From contig OZ257156.1 of the NCBI GenBank assembly GCA_965279375.1, forward strand, positions 3,648,001 to 3,712,000: a DNA stretch of 64,000 nt, given 5' to 3'. The position numbers and the translations under genes are program-made. Below the pieces are notes generated by a model. It saw only the letters and a program-made list of their open reading frames with translations, searched no databases and was not told where the DNA came from. Shown here piece by piece: positions 19,258 through 29,236 of the stretch; the first letter of the stretch is position 1; each line of letters begins with the position of its first letter. This DNA comes from Gemmatimonas sp. Lineage in GTDB: Bacteria > Gemmatimonadota > Gemmatimonadetes > Gemmatimonadales > Gemmatimonadaceae.

Positions 19258-21707
19258 CAACGACGGGCTGGACCGGATCACTGTTCGACGCACCACCGAA
19301 GCCGACGCTCGATATCGAGGCCATCACACGCGGCCTCAATCCGTCGCAGCGGCAAGCCGTGGCGCATGACGATGGACCCATGCTCGTGCTGGCCGGTGCA
19401 GGCTCCGGGAAGACGCGCGTGCTCACCACGCGCATCGCGCGGCTCATCGGTACGCGGAACGTAGCGCCGCACGAAATCCTCGCGGTGACGTTCACCAACA
19501 AGGCCGCCGGCGAGATGCGTGAGCGTATCTCCAAGCTCTTGGGACATGAGCCGAAGGGGATGTGGTGCGGCACGTTCCACGCCCTCGGCGCGCGGATGCT
19601 GCGCGGCGTGGCGCCCATCGTCGGTCGCGAAGCCAACTTCACCATCTACGACGAAGACGACACGCTCGCTGCACTCAAGCGCGTCATGGAGCGTCGTAAC
19701 ATCAGCCCGACCCAGTTTGCGCCCAAGGCGATCCTCGGCGCGATCTCCGACGCGAAGAACGCGCTCGTGTCGTCGAGTGACTATGCCGCCAGCGCGTACG
19801 ATGTCTTCTCGAAGGCCGTCGCTGGCGTGTACACCGATCTCGAGACGGCGCTCGAGCGCGCGAACGCGGTCACCTTTGACGACCTGCTGGTGCTCCCCGT
19901 GCGCGCACTGCAGCGCGACGAAGCACTGCGCACGCACTACCAGAAGCGCTTCCGCTACATCCTGGTGGACGAGTATCAGGACACCAACGCGGCGCAGTAC
20001 AAGTTCGTCTCGCTGATGGGCGGCGGCTACCGCAACGTCATGGTGGTCGGTGATGACGACCAGTCCATCTACGGCTGGCGCGGCGCGGACATTCGCAACA
20101 TCCTCGACTTCGAACGCGACTTCCCGGGCGCGGCCATCGTCCGTCTCGAAGAGAACTATCGCTCCACGCCCAACATTCTTTCGCTCGCCAACAAGGTGAT
20201 CGAAGAGAACACGGAACGTCGTGGCAAGACGTTGCGCGCCACGCGTCCTGCGGGTGAGCCGGTCACGTTGATGCAGACGCTCGACGAGCGCGACGAAGCG
20301 GAGTTCATCGCGGAGATCGTCACCGACCGCACGGCGCGCGGCGACTGGGCGCGTCGCGACTGCGCGGTGCTCTATCGCACCAACGCACAGAGTCGCGCCA
20401 TCGAAGACTCGTTCCGGCGGCGCGGCATCCCGTATCGGCTCGTCGGCGCAGTGCGCTTCTACGACCGGCGCGAAATTCGCGACTTGATGGCGTACCTCAA
20501 GCTCGTCGCCAATCCCGCCGACGACGAAGCGTTTCGTCGCGCGGTGAACTCGCCCAAGCGAGGACTCGGTGACGTCACCATCGCGCTGCTGACCGAACGC
20601 GCGGCGCTCGATGGCAGCACGATGCTCGAAGCAGCCACGCGCCTCGATGTGCTCGCGACGCTGCGTCCCGCCGCGCGTTCCGCGCTCGAGGAGTTCGTCG
20701 CACTCGTGCAGCGGCTCCGCGTGCAGGCGGCCGATGCGGCGGTCGACGAACTGCTCCGCAACGTCGTCGAGGCGATTCGCTACACCGACCATCTGCGCGC
20801 CGAAGGTCCCGAAGGCGCTGAGCGCATCGAGAACGTGCGCGAAATGATCGCGGGCGCCGCAGAAGTCGTTGCCGATGACGGTGGCGAAGTGGGGCTCACG
20901 CCCCTCGATCACTTTCTGCAGAAGGCGACCTTGGTCGCCGGCATCGATCGCCTCGATCCTGACGCCGATGCCGTGACCATGATGACCATGCACAACGCCA
21001 AGGGGCTCGAGTTCCCGTTGGTGTTCGTCTCTGGCCTCGAGGATGGACTCTTTCCCCTCGCGCGCGCCGCGGAAGATCCCAAGCAGCTCGAGGAAGAGCG
21101 GCGGCTGTTCTACGTGGGCATCACACGCGCCGAGAAGAAGTTGTATCTCACGTGCGCAGAGCAACGTCGCCGCAATGGCGAGCTGATGATCTCCATGCCG
21201 TCGCGGTTCCTGCGAACGATTCCACCTTCGTTGGCGGAACGTCAGCAGAGCATGCGCGCTCGCACTGAAGGGCGACGCGCCTACGGCGGTGCCGGCCGAC
21301 CGAGTGGCGACGAGTCGTGGGGACGCAGCAGCTACGGCAGCGGCTCGTCGGGCGGCTCTGGGAGCAGCTTTGGCGGTGGGGCAGGTGGCGCCCGTCGTCC
21401 GGTCGGCCCGTACGGCAGTGCGGCGTCGCGCGGCAGCAACGAACCTGTCTTCGGCAAGGCGTCCAAAAGCTGGTCGTCTCCGTCCACCTCGCGGCCTAAG
21501 CCGGTCGAGCCAGAGGACGAGTCGCAGGATACGCCGATGTTCAAGATCGGCGAGCGTGTGCGGCACGCCAAATTCGGCAGCGGGACGATCGCGGAGCTTA
21601 CGGGCTCTGGACGGGACGCCAAGGTTCGCATCGATTTCGACGACGAGGAAATTGGGCGAAAGACGCTCGTTGTCGCGCAGGCCAAACTCGAACGCGGGTG
21701 GGAGTAG
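19254..21707 (+). CDS. pcrA: UvrD/PcrA ATP-dependent DNA helicase
   Basis: LAGAGSGKT, TFTNKAA, VDEYQDTN, GDDDQSIYGWRGA, HNAKGLEF, EERRLFYVGITRA, C-terminal Tudor-like domain. Confidence 0.95.
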   Translation: MTTTGWTGSLFDAPPKPTLDIEAITRGLNPSQRQAVAHDDGPMLVLAGAGSGKTRVLTTRIARLIGTRNVAPHEILAVTFTNKAAGEMRERISKLLGHEPKGMWCGTFHALGARMLRGVAPIVGREANFTIYDEDDTLAALKRVMERRNISPTQFAPKAILGAISDAKNALVSSSDYAASAYDVFSKAVAGVYTDLETALERANAVTFDDLLVLPVRALQRDEALRTHYQKRFRYILVDEYQDTNAAQYKFVSLMGGGYRNVMVVGDDDQSIYGWRGADIRNILDFERDFPGAAIVRLEENYRSTPNILSLANKVIEENTERRGKTLRATRPAGEPVTLMQTLDERDEAEFIAEIVTDRTARGDWARRDCAVLYRTNAQSRAIEDSFRRRGIPYRLVGAVRFYDRREIRDLMAYLKLVANPADDEAFRRAVNSPKRGLGDVTIALLTERAALDGSTMLEAATRLDVLATLRPAARSALEEFVALVQRLRVQAADAAVDELLRNVVEAIRYTDHLRAEGPEGAERIENVREMIAGAAEVVADDGGEVGLTPLDHFLQKATLVAGIDRLDPDADAVTMMTMHNAKGLEFPLVFVSGLEDGLFPLARAAEDPKQLEEERRLFYVGITRAEKKLYLTCAEQRRRNGELMISMPSRFLRTIPPSLAERQQSMRARTEGRRAYGGAGRPSGDESWGRSSYGSGSSGGSGSSFGGGAGGARRPVGPYGSAASRGSNEPVFGKASKSWSSPSTSRPKPVEPEDESQDTPMFKIGERVRHAKFGSGTIAELTGSGRDAKVRIDFDDEEIGRKTLVVAQAKLERGWE

Positions 21708-22031
21708 ATGGCGGTCTCTGAGTCGGACGTTCGGAACATTGCCCTGCTGGCGCGCGTCGGCGTGGACGAAGCGCGCATTCCTGCCATCGTCACGCAGCTC
21801 AACGGGATTCTATCGCACATGGAAGTGCTTCAGAGCGTTGACATCGGAGACGGTGCTCTCGACGCGTCCGACCGCGAAGGCATGTCGTTGCGTCCGGATG
21901 TGAGTCCGCCGGTGCCGCTCGCGCGGGCGCGGGCCGATTTCGCGCCGGCGTCTCGTGACGGATTCTTCCTCGTGCCGCGTCTCGCCACGCATGGGGATGC
22001 GACCAGCGCCGACAGTGGAGACGAGGAATGA
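21708..22031 (+). CDS. gatC: Asp/Glu-tRNA amidotransferase subunit C
   Basis: V..IALLAR and GFFLVPR; position before gatA. Confidence 0.9.
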   Translation: MAVSESDVRNIALLARVGVDEARIPAIVTQLNGILSHMEVLQSVDIGDGALDASDREGMSLRPDVSPPVPLARARADFAPASRDGFFLVPRLATHGDATSADSGDEE

Positions 22032-23515
22032 GTCGCACCGTTCCCACCGGATTACTGGCGTTGACCGCGGCGTCGCAGGCCGACGCGGTCTCGCGTGAGG
22101 CGCTCCCCGCTGCGCACCTGGTCGAAGCGTGCTTCGAGCGGATGACGGATGTTGGCGCGGGCACGGACGGACTCAACGCCTTCCTCGCGACCGATCTCGA
22201 GGGATCGTTGGCGACCGCTGCGGAGATCGCCTCGTCGCCATTTCGCGGTACGCATGACGTGCGCCTCGCCGGCGTGCCGATCGCAATCAAGGACAACATC
22301 GCGACGCTGCGCATGCCGACGACCTGCGGGTCGCGCATCCTCGGCGACTACGTCAGCCCGTACGAGGCGACCGCCATTCGACGCTTGCGTGACGCCGGCG
22401 CGGTGATTGTCGGCAAGACCAACATGGACGAATTCGCGATGGGTTCGTCCACTGAGAACAGTGCATTCGGACCGACACGCAATCCGCACGACGATTCTCG
22501 CGTCCCCGGCGGATCGTCCGGTGGATCCGCAGTTGCGGTTGCATCGGGTGTGGTACGCGTCGCGCTTGGCTCCGAAACCGGCGGCTCGGTGCGGCAGCCC
22601 GCGGCGTTCTGCGGCGTTGTGGGCGTGAAGCCGACGTATGGGCGCGTCAGCCGACATGGCCTCGTGGCCTACGCGTCGTCACTCGAACAGATCGGCGTCT
22701 TCGGACGCACGGTGGACGATGCCGCGCTAACGCTCGGTGTCATTGCCGGTTACGATCCGCTCGACGCGACGTCCAGCGCGCACATGGTCGCCGACTATCG
22801 CGAACCGCGAAATCTCATCGCGCCAACGCAGCCACTCTCGGGACTCGTCGTCGGCAAGCCCAAGGAATACTTCCCGGAATCGCTCGACCCGAAGATCCGC
22901 GCGTTGACCGATCGCGCGGCGAACACGCTACGCATGCTTGGTGCGGAAATTCGTGAGGTGTCGCTGCCGCACACCGACCTCGCGATTCCCGTCTACTACA
23001 TCGTCGCACCGGCCGAGGCGTCGAGCAACCTCGCTCGCTTCGATGGTGTGCGATACGGCTTGCGCATGCCTGGAAACGGCCTGCGTGAGATGTACGAGCA
23101 CACGCGTTCGGGCGGGTTCGGCGATGAAGTCATCCGCCGCATTCTGCTTGGCACCTACGTGTTGAGCGCTGGCTACTACGACGCGTACTACAAGCGCGCA
23201 CAGGCGGTACGGCAACTCATCACGCAGGACTTCACTCGCGTGTTCGCGTCCGGAGTCGATCTGCTGCTCACACCCACCACGCCGACGACCGCGTTCAAGC
23301 TCGGTGCTGTCTCCGATCCCTACGAGATGTACCTGAGCGACATTTTCACGGTCACCGCAAATCTCGCCGGCGTGCCGGCGATGTCGCAGCCGATCGGGCG
23401 CATCGATGGACTCCCGGTGGGTGGACAGCTCATCGCATCGCACTTTCAGGAAGGCAAGATGCTTCGCGCCGCCTATGCGCTCGAAGCAGCGTTGGGCATG
23501 GAGGCGCACAAGTGA
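22028..23515 (+). CDS. gatA: Asp/Glu-tRNA amidotransferase subunit A
   Basis: GKTNMDEFAMGSSTE, PGGSSGGSA, GSETGGSVRQPA, RRILLGTYVLSAGYYDAYY. Confidence 0.97.
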   Translation: MSRTVPTGLLALTAASQADAVSREALPAAHLVEACFERMTDVGAGTDGLNAFLATDLEGSLATAAEIASSPFRGTHDVRLAGVPIAIKDNIATLRMPTTCGSRILGDYVSPYEATAIRRLRDAGAVIVGKTNMDEFAMGSSTENSAFGPTRNPHDDSRVPGGSSGGSAVAVASGVVRVALGSETGGSVRQPAAFCGVVGVKPTYGRVSRHGLVAYASSLEQIGVFGRTVDDAALTLGVIAGYDPLDATSSAHMVADYREPRNLIAPTQPLSGLVVGKPKEYFPESLDPKIRALTDRAANTLRMLGAEIREVSLPHTDLAIPVYYIVAPAEASSNLARFDGVRYGLRMPGNGLREMYEHTRSGGFGDEVIRRILLGTYVLSAGYYDAYYKRAQAVRQLITQDFTRVFASGVDLLLTPTTPTTAFKLGAVSDPYEMYLSDIFTVTANLAGVPAMSQPIGRIDGLPVGGQLIASHFQEGKMLRAAYALEAALGMEAHK

Positions 23516-24966
23516 GCAACAACAACTACGCCGAGCGCTACGAACTCGTGATCGGGTTGGAGGTGCACTGCCAGCTCAAGACGACGAGCAAGGCGTTCTG
23601 CGGCTGCCGCACCACGTTCGGCGACGCACCCAATGCCAACACATGTCCGGTGTGTCTTGGCTTGCCCGGTGCGCTGCCGGTGCTGAATGCGCACGCCGTG
23701 CAACTCGCAACGCGCGCGGCGCTTGCACTCGGCTGTGAAGTCCACCCGACGTCGATCTTCGCGCGCAAGAACTATTTCTATCCCGATCTCCCCAAGGGCT
23801 ATCAGATCTCGCAGTTCGATCGCCCGCTGGCGACCGGTGGCAGCGTCGAGATCGGAAAGGATGCCGATGGTAACGCACGCACGGTCGGCATCACGCGCGT
23901 GCACATGGAGGAGGACGCCGGCAAGTCGGTGCATGATCGATTCGCCGAATGGAGCGCGATCGATCTGAATCGTTCCGGGACGCCGCTGGTGGAGATCGTA
24001 TCGGAGCCTGACCTGCGCTCTGGCGCGGACGCCGGCGCGTACCTGCGTCGGCTCAAGCAGGTGCTGGAATACACGGACGTCTCTGACGCGAACATGGAGG
24101 AAGGCTCGCTTCGCGTGGACGTCAACATTTCCGTACGTCCGCGCGGCTCCACCACGTTGGGCACACGCACGGAGATCAAGAATCTCAACAGCTTCTCAGG
24201 CGTTGAGCGTTCGGTCGAGGTGGAGTTTGCGCGTCAGTGCGCGTTGGTGGATGCCGGCGGCACCGTGCTGCAGCAGACGATGCTGTGGGACGGCGTGCGT
24301 GGCCAGATCCGTCCGGCGCGCAGCAAGGAAGGCAGTCACGACTACCGGTATTTCCCGGAGCCCGACCTGCCGCCGCTGCGTCTCGAACCGTCGTGGATCG
24401 CCGCACAGCGCGCTGCGCTCCCCGAGCTCCCCGAGGCCAAACGTGCGCGCTTCCACACGCAGTACGGCATTGCAACAGCAGATGTCGAGCAACTGTCCTC
24501 GACGCAGGAACTTGCCGATACGTTCGAGGCCGTTGCGCGCGAGAGCGGCGACGCGCGTCGAGCGGCGAACTGGATTACGGGGCCGCTCCTCGCATCGGTG
24601 AATGCGTCGGGGCGTGCCCTGCGCGATCATCCGGTCACGTCGCAGCGACTGGGTGAGCTCATCAAGCTCGAGGCGTCGGGCAAGATCTCCAACACCGCGG
24701 CGCGCCAGCTCTTCACGCAGATGGAGACCGATCCCGGTGATGCGCTCGCACTCGCCACTCGCGACGGTCTGCTGCAAGTCAGCGACGACAGCGCCTTGGT
24801 CGCCTGGATCGATGAGGTGTTCGCCGAGTCTCCGGCGGAGGCCGCGCGCTTCATCGCCGGCGAGAAGAAGCTGCAGGGCGTATTGGTGGGGCAGGTGATG
24901 AAGAAGTCCAAGGGCGCCGCAGACCCCAAGAAGGTCAATCAGTTGCTTTCGGCACGCGCGGGCTGA
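23512..24966 (+). CDS. gatB: Asp/Glu-tRNA amidotransferase subunit B
   Basis: IGLEVHCQL, RKNYFYPDLPKGYQISQ, HMEEDAGK, DYRYFPEPDLPP. Confidence 0.98.
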   Translation: MSNNNYAERYELVIGLEVHCQLKTTSKAFCGCRTTFGDAPNANTCPVCLGLPGALPVLNAHAVQLATRAALALGCEVHPTSIFARKNYFYPDLPKGYQISQFDRPLATGGSVEIGKDADGNARTVGITRVHMEEDAGKSVHDRFAEWSAIDLNRSGTPLVEIVSEPDLRSGADAGAYLRRLKQVLEYTDVSDANMEEGSLRVDVNISVRPRGSTTLGTRTEIKNLNSFSGVERSVEVEFARQCALVDAGGTVLQQTMLWDGVRGQIRPARSKEGSHDYRYFPEPDLPPLRLEPSWIAAQRAALPELPEAKRARFHTQYGIATADVEQLSSTQELADTFEAVARESGDARRAANWITGPLLASVNASGRALRDHPVTSQRLGELIKLEASGKISNTAARQLFTQMETDPGDALALATRDGLLQVSDDSALVAWIDEVFAESPAEAARFIAGEKKLQGVLVGQVMKKSKGAADPKKVNQLLSARAG

Positions 24967-25867
24967 AGAGCGGTTCTGCGAGGGTCGAGGCATGCCGGAG
25001 CGTAGTGGCCGGCATGCCGAACATGCGGTCCGCTTCGAGCGCCGCCCGTACGTCTCCGCCCTGGCGACGTGCGAGGCGGCGTACTTTTTTCGCCGATCGC
25101 AGCGGCTCATCGCCAGACGGATCGAACGAGAACGCGTCGCTCTCATCCCACCGCTGCATCAGGTCGACGATGTAGTCGAACGATCGCGTGAGATAGCGTG
25201 CGACGTCAGCGTCACTCAAGTCCCAGCGACTGTTCTCCGAGATGAGCTGGAAGATGCGCTGCCATGAATCGGTGTCGGTGACATACACCATGCCGCGAAA
25301 GATGCGGCGATTCGTCGGCGTCCCGAACAGCGTCGGACTCAGAATGCGGTCGAGATGCTGATCCGCGCGTGAGTGATCGAGAAAGAGCAGATCGCGCGCA
25401 CGCCTCGGCCACGGATCTCCAAGGTGCGTATCGATGCGGCTTTCCCAGTAGCTGTGGCCTACCGCCGTCGTGCTCGATGTGACCGCGAGCTGCCGCGGCA
25501 CGAAGAAATTGTGCGCCACCACGTCGGCGGCCAGATGCGCGAGGTATCCCAAGGCGAACGCGCGGAGCGGCGGGTCCTTCGCCTCGTCATGTATCTCGAG
25601 CCCGATGCGCCACGAGTGACAATGCCTGCCCACTTCGGCGTATTTCTTCGCGATCGAGGTATCCGCGGCGATGGAGCCGTACAAAAAGTCAGCAGGGAAG
25701 GCCGCGAGCAGTTCGCCTATGCTTCCCGGCACGAGTGCGAGATTGCGCAGGAGAGCGTCGCCGAGAAACACATGCGTGCCCGGCGTCCAGGCCCACAGCG
25801 GCGTCGGACTGAGGAGCAACGCCGCGGCCACGATGACCGCGACCCACGCGAATCGCGAACTAGTCAG
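24935..25867 (-). CDS. Zinc-dependent phospholipase C / S1-P1 nuclease-like secreted protein; start uncertain
   Basis: Signal peptide then WTPGTH (N-terminal Trp/His Zn ligands), GYLAHLAADVVAH, HSYWE. Confidence 0.75.
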   Translation of the reverse strand: MTSSRFAWVAVIVAAALLLSPTPLWAWTPGTHVFLGDALLRNLALVPGSIGELLAAFPADFLYGSIAADTSIAKKYAEVGRHCHSWRIGLEIHDEAKDPPLRAFALGYLAHLAADVVAHNFFVPRQLAVTSSTTAVGHSYWESRIDTHLGDPWPRRARDLLFLDHSRADQHLDRILSPTLFGTPTNRRIFRGMVYVTDTDSWQRIFQLISENSRWDLSDADVARYLTRSFDYIVDLMQRWDESDAFSFDPSGDEPLRSAKKVRRLARRQGGDVRAALEADRMFGMPATTLRHASTLAEPLFSPRVPKATD

Positions 25868-26456
25868 AAGCGAGGCCTTCGTCCCGACGCTGATCGCGAC
25901 GCGGTGCGCGTCCTGGCTTGCGCTTCCCACGGCCCCGTCGTCGTCCGAATGCTGCTCCGAGAAGACGCGCCCCCACGGACGCGCCGCGAACCGTCGCCGC
26001 GGTTGAGATCGCAATGTCCTCGAACTCCGCCTGCAACACATCGAGCACCGCGTTCACGTTGTCCACGCGTTCGGCGGTCACGTCGGCGGCGTATCGCAGT
26101 TGCTCTCCGACGGAGGCCGCCGCGTCACTGACCGCCTCGACGTCCGACCGCACGCGTGCCACGACAGCGCGGGCGTCGTTGACAACGGTGTTGGCGTTCT
26201 GAATGAGTGGGCGCACATCAGTCGAGAGCTTGTCCACCGTGGAGTTGAGCTTCTCGATCCCTTGCTTCACGGCGAGGAGCAGCAACACCAGCGCGATGAG
26301 CACGCCGACGCCCAACAGCAGCACGATGATCTGGAGAATTCCGCTCGAGTACTCGAAGAGTCCTCGGACAGGTACCGTGCGTGCGACGATCGTATCCGGA
26401 AAGGCGGCCGTCTGCAGCAGGCCCACCGGCAACGCAAGTGCGAAGGCCATTGGCAT
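25860..26456 (-). CDS. Membrane protein with coiled coil (DUF948-like)
   Basis: TM segment followed by amphipathic coiled coil and basic tail. Confidence 0.6.
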   Translation of the reverse strand: MPMAFALALPVGLLQTAAFPDTIVARTVPVRGLFEYSSGILQIIVLLLGVGVLIALVLLLLAVKQGIEKLNSTVDKLSTDVRPLIQNANTVVNDARAVVARVRSDVEAVSDAAASVGEQLRYAADVTAERVDNVNAVLDVLQAEFEDIAISTAATVRGASVGARLLGAAFGRRRGRGKRKPGRAPRRDQRRDEGLASD

Positions 26457-26583
26457 GATCTAAGGGGTACCGAGAGAGGGGTCAAGCAACGCGCATCGCA
26501 CTCGGCGCTTGACGCTGTTGGTTCGTGTCGGTGATCCTTCGTGTCCCGATTGTCCTGTGCGCCTTTCGCTTACCCCGGTCCGC

Positions 26584-27885
26584 ATGTCCGCCGTCCAGTT
26601 TGTCGTAGAAGGAGGCCAGCGCCTCGCAGGAAGCATCCGGCCGGCCGGCAACAAGAATGCCGCACTGCCGATCGTCGCCGCCGCGCTCATCACTGATCAA
26701 CCCGTGCAACTCGAAAATGTCCCGCGTATTCGGGACATCGAGACACTGGTAGAGCTCATGCGCACAACCGGTGCCAGCTGCGAATGGACTGGGCCCAACG
26801 CGTTGCGCGTGCACGCCAAGGACCTGCGTGCCGGCGAACTCGATCCGGTGATGTGCGCCCGCATTCGCGCCTCCATCCTGCTGGCAGCGCCGCTGCTGGC
26901 CCGGTGTGGCGACGTGACGCTGTCGCCGCCGGGTGGCGACGTCATCGGGCGCCGTCGTCTCGACACGCACTTCCATGTGCTGCAGGCGCTCGGCGCACAC
27001 TACGAGCTCGGCGACCGCTTCCGCTTCTGGACGACGGGTGCCGGGCTCACCGGCGCGGATGTGTTCCTCGACGAGCCGAGCGTGACTGCGACGGAGAATG
27101 CACTCGTTGCGGCGGTGGCAGCGAAGGGCGTGACCGTGCTGCGCAATGCAGCCAGCGAACCGCATGTGCAGGACCTCGCCAACTTTCTCGTGGCCCTCGG
27201 CGCGCGCATCGAAGGCATCGGCTCCAACGTCTACACCATCCACGGTGGGCAGCCGTTGGGTAGTGCTACGCACACCATTGGCCCCGATCACATCGAGGTT
27301 GGCTCGTTCATCGGCCTTGCCGCCGTCACGCGTTCCGAGCTCCGTATCGAGAAGGCGGGCGTCGAGCACCTGCGCAGCACGCGTATGGGCTTCGAGCGCC
27401 TGGGGATCACCTGCATCGTGGATGGCGATGACCTGATCGTGCCAGCCGAGCAGTCCCGCACGATTCAAAGCGATCTCGGTGGACATGTGCCCAAGCTGGA
27501 AGACCAGCCGTGGCCAGCGTTTCCGGCCGATCTCATGTCCATCGCGATCGTCACGGCCACGCAGTGCAACGGCATGATTCTCATGCACGAGAAGATGTTC
27601 GAGTCGCGCATGTTCTTCGTGGACAAGCTGGTCGGAATGGGCGCGCGCATCGTGCTTTGCGATCCGCACCGCGCCATCGTCTCCGGCCCCACCAAGCTGC
27701 GCGGCGGCAAGGTCGAGTCCCCCGACATTCGGGCCGGTATGGCCATGCTCTTGGCGGCGCTGTGCGCGGACGGCACGAGTACCATCAACAACGCGCAGCA
27801 GATCGAGCGCGGCTATGAGCGCATCGAGGAACGTCTTGGCACGCTCGGCGCGCGTATTCGCCGCGTGGAGTTGAGTGCCCGCTGA
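26584..27885 (+). CDS. murA: UDP-N-acetylglucosamine 1-carboxyvinyltransferase
   Basis: GNKNAALP, RASILL, PGGDVIGRR, SVTATEN, NAASEPHV, PDHIE, DIRAG, IERGYE. Confidence 0.96.
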   Translation: MSAVQFVVEGGQRLAGSIRPAGNKNAALPIVAAALITDQPVQLENVPRIRDIETLVELMRTTGASCEWTGPNALRVHAKDLRAGELDPVMCARIRASILLAAPLLARCGDVTLSPPGGDVIGRRRLDTHFHVLQALGAHYELGDRFRFWTTGAGLTGADVFLDEPSVTATENALVAAVAAKGVTVLRNAASEPHVQDLANFLVALGARIEGIGSNVYTIHGGQPLGSATHTIGPDHIEVGSFIGLAAVTRSELRIEKAGVEHLRSTRMGFERLGITCIVDGDDLIVPAEQSRTIQSDLGGHVPKLEDQPWPAFPADLMSIAIVTATQCNGMILMHEKMFESRMFFVDKLVGMGARIVLCDPHRAIVSGPTKLRGGKVESPDIRAGMAMLLAALCADGTSTINNAQQIERGYERIEERLGTLGARIRRVELSAR

Positions 27886-28591
27886 TCCGCTGGCGGTCTC
27901 GCTCGCGGTTCCCCCGCTGGCCGATGGCGTCGCCGCCTGGACCACGGGGCGTGCGGCCGGGTCGTTCGGCTTGGGGTCGGATGAGGGCGTCGGCGTAGTG
28001 ATGGAGCGCTGGTCGGGACTGCTCGACGCGCTGGCGGACCTGGGAGTGACACGCTTGGCCACGGCCACGCAGGTGCATGGTGCCGTGGTCAGCGTGCACG
28101 ACGGAGAATGGCAGGGATGGCTTCGCCAGCGCGGTGTGGACGGACACGTCAGCACGACGGCGGGGACGGCGCTCGCCGTGACCATCGCCGACTGCACGCC
28201 GGTGTTCATTGCGCACCCCGGCGGGGCCATTGCCGCGCTGCACGCCGGATGGCGAGGCACCGCGTCGCGCATTCTAGATGTAGGGCTCGACGCGCTCGAG
28301 TCGCTCGGCTTTCCCGCATCGGAGTGCCGCGTGCATCTGGGCCCGGCCATCTGCGAGGCCTGCTACGAGGTGGGTCCGGAGGTACTCGAGGCGGTGACCG
28401 GGCGCCCGCACGCGGGAAAGGGACAGTTGGACGTTCGTGCCGTGCTGCGTGAGCAAGCACTCCGGCGCGGGGTGCAGCAGCTGAGTGTCAGCGCGGCGTG
28501 CACGCGCTGCGATGCCGCCGACTTCTTCAGTCATCGAGGCGGCGATAGCGGCCGGCAGTTGGGTATCATCGCGTTGACTGCGCGTCAATAG
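27875..28591 (+). CDS. pgeF: YfiH/PgeF family (polyphenol oxidase/laccase-domain) protein
   Basis: QVHG, ADCTPV, HAGWRG, GPAIC..CYEVG, FFSHR. Confidence 0.9.
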   Translation: MPADPLAVSLAVPPLADGVAAWTTGRAAGSFGLGSDEGVGVVMERWSGLLDALADLGVTRLATATQVHGAVVSVHDGEWQGWLRQRGVDGHVSTTAGTALAVTIADCTPVFIAHPGGAIAALHAGWRGTASRILDVGLDALESLGFPASECRVHLGPAICEACYEVGPEVLEAVTGRPHAGKGQLDVRAVLREQALRRGVQQLSVSAACTRCDAADFFSHRGGDSGRQLGIIALTARQ

Positions 28592-28609
28592 AGTCATCGA
28601 TGAGTCATC

Positions 28610-28638
28610 TTGACCTTCATATGCACGCGCCGTAGGTT
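28610..28638 (+). promoter_or_regulatory. sigma70-type promoter of the rimP-nusA-infB operon
   Basis: TTGACC-17 bp-TAGGTT; same -10 as the groES promoter. Confidence 0.65.
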
Positions 28639-28693
28639 CTTCTCTCTAAGAAGTAACTCCTTCGTGACTTCGTCCGCCTCGCGCGGGCGGCGG

Positions 28694-28722
28694 AAGTGTG
28701 GGGATGGTCCCCACACTTTTTT
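28694..28722 (+). terminator. rimP-leader attenuator hairpin
   Basis: AAGTGTGGGG-ATGGT-CCCCACACTT followed by T run, in the 5' UTR of rimP. Confidence 0.75.
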
Positions 28723-28758
28723 GTTCTTGGGTGGTTTTTTCGTGGGTGAGGCAAGCAG

Positions 28759-29226
28759 ATGCGCGAAGTCGTCGAACCTGTTGTCGCGCAAGAGCTTGAC
28801 ACGCTTGGCTTCGATCTCGTCGAGTTGCGGCGGGGTGGGTCCAAGTCCCGACCGGTCCTGGAGCTTCGGATCGATCGCCGCGATGGCACCAAGGTTACCA
28901 TTGAGGATTGCGCCCGCGTCTCCCGAGCCGTTGAAGCTCGGTTGGAAGCGGACGCGCTGGTCAGTGAACAGTACGTGTTGGAGGTCTCCTCGCCTGGCGC
29001 GGACCGACCGTTGCGGTCGCCCGCAGACTGGCGCCGCTTCGTCGGCCGACGGGCTACGGTGACCAGCAGCGTGTTGGCGGGTGGCAAACAGGAAATTGAG
29101 ATTCTCGCGCTCGAGGGCGAGGAAGGCGCTGAAGTCGCAGTCGTGCGTGATCCGAAGGGACGGGACCATCAGGTTCCCCTCTCGGCCATCACGGCGGCGC
29201 GACTGGCGTTTCACTGGAAACGATAG
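28759..29226 (+). CDS. rimP: Ribosome maturation factor RimP
   Basis: TIEDCARVSR, YVLEVSSPGADRPL. Confidence 0.95.
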   Translation: MREVVEPVVAQELDTLGFDLVELRRGGSKSRPVLELRIDRRDGTKVTIEDCARVSRAVEARLEADALVSEQYVLEVSSPGADRPLRSPADWRRFVGRRATVTSSVLAGGKQEIEILALEGEEGAEVAVVRDPKGRDHQVPLSAITAARLAFHWKR

Positions 29227-29236
29227 GGGATAGCGG

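Noticed and set aside
19278..21566. Long antisense ORFs (762 aa opposite pcrA; likewise opposite groEL, murA, nusA, infB, secD, secF)
   Set aside because: They mirror well-supported genes; this is the expected by-product of high-GC codon bias and they show no recognisable motifs.
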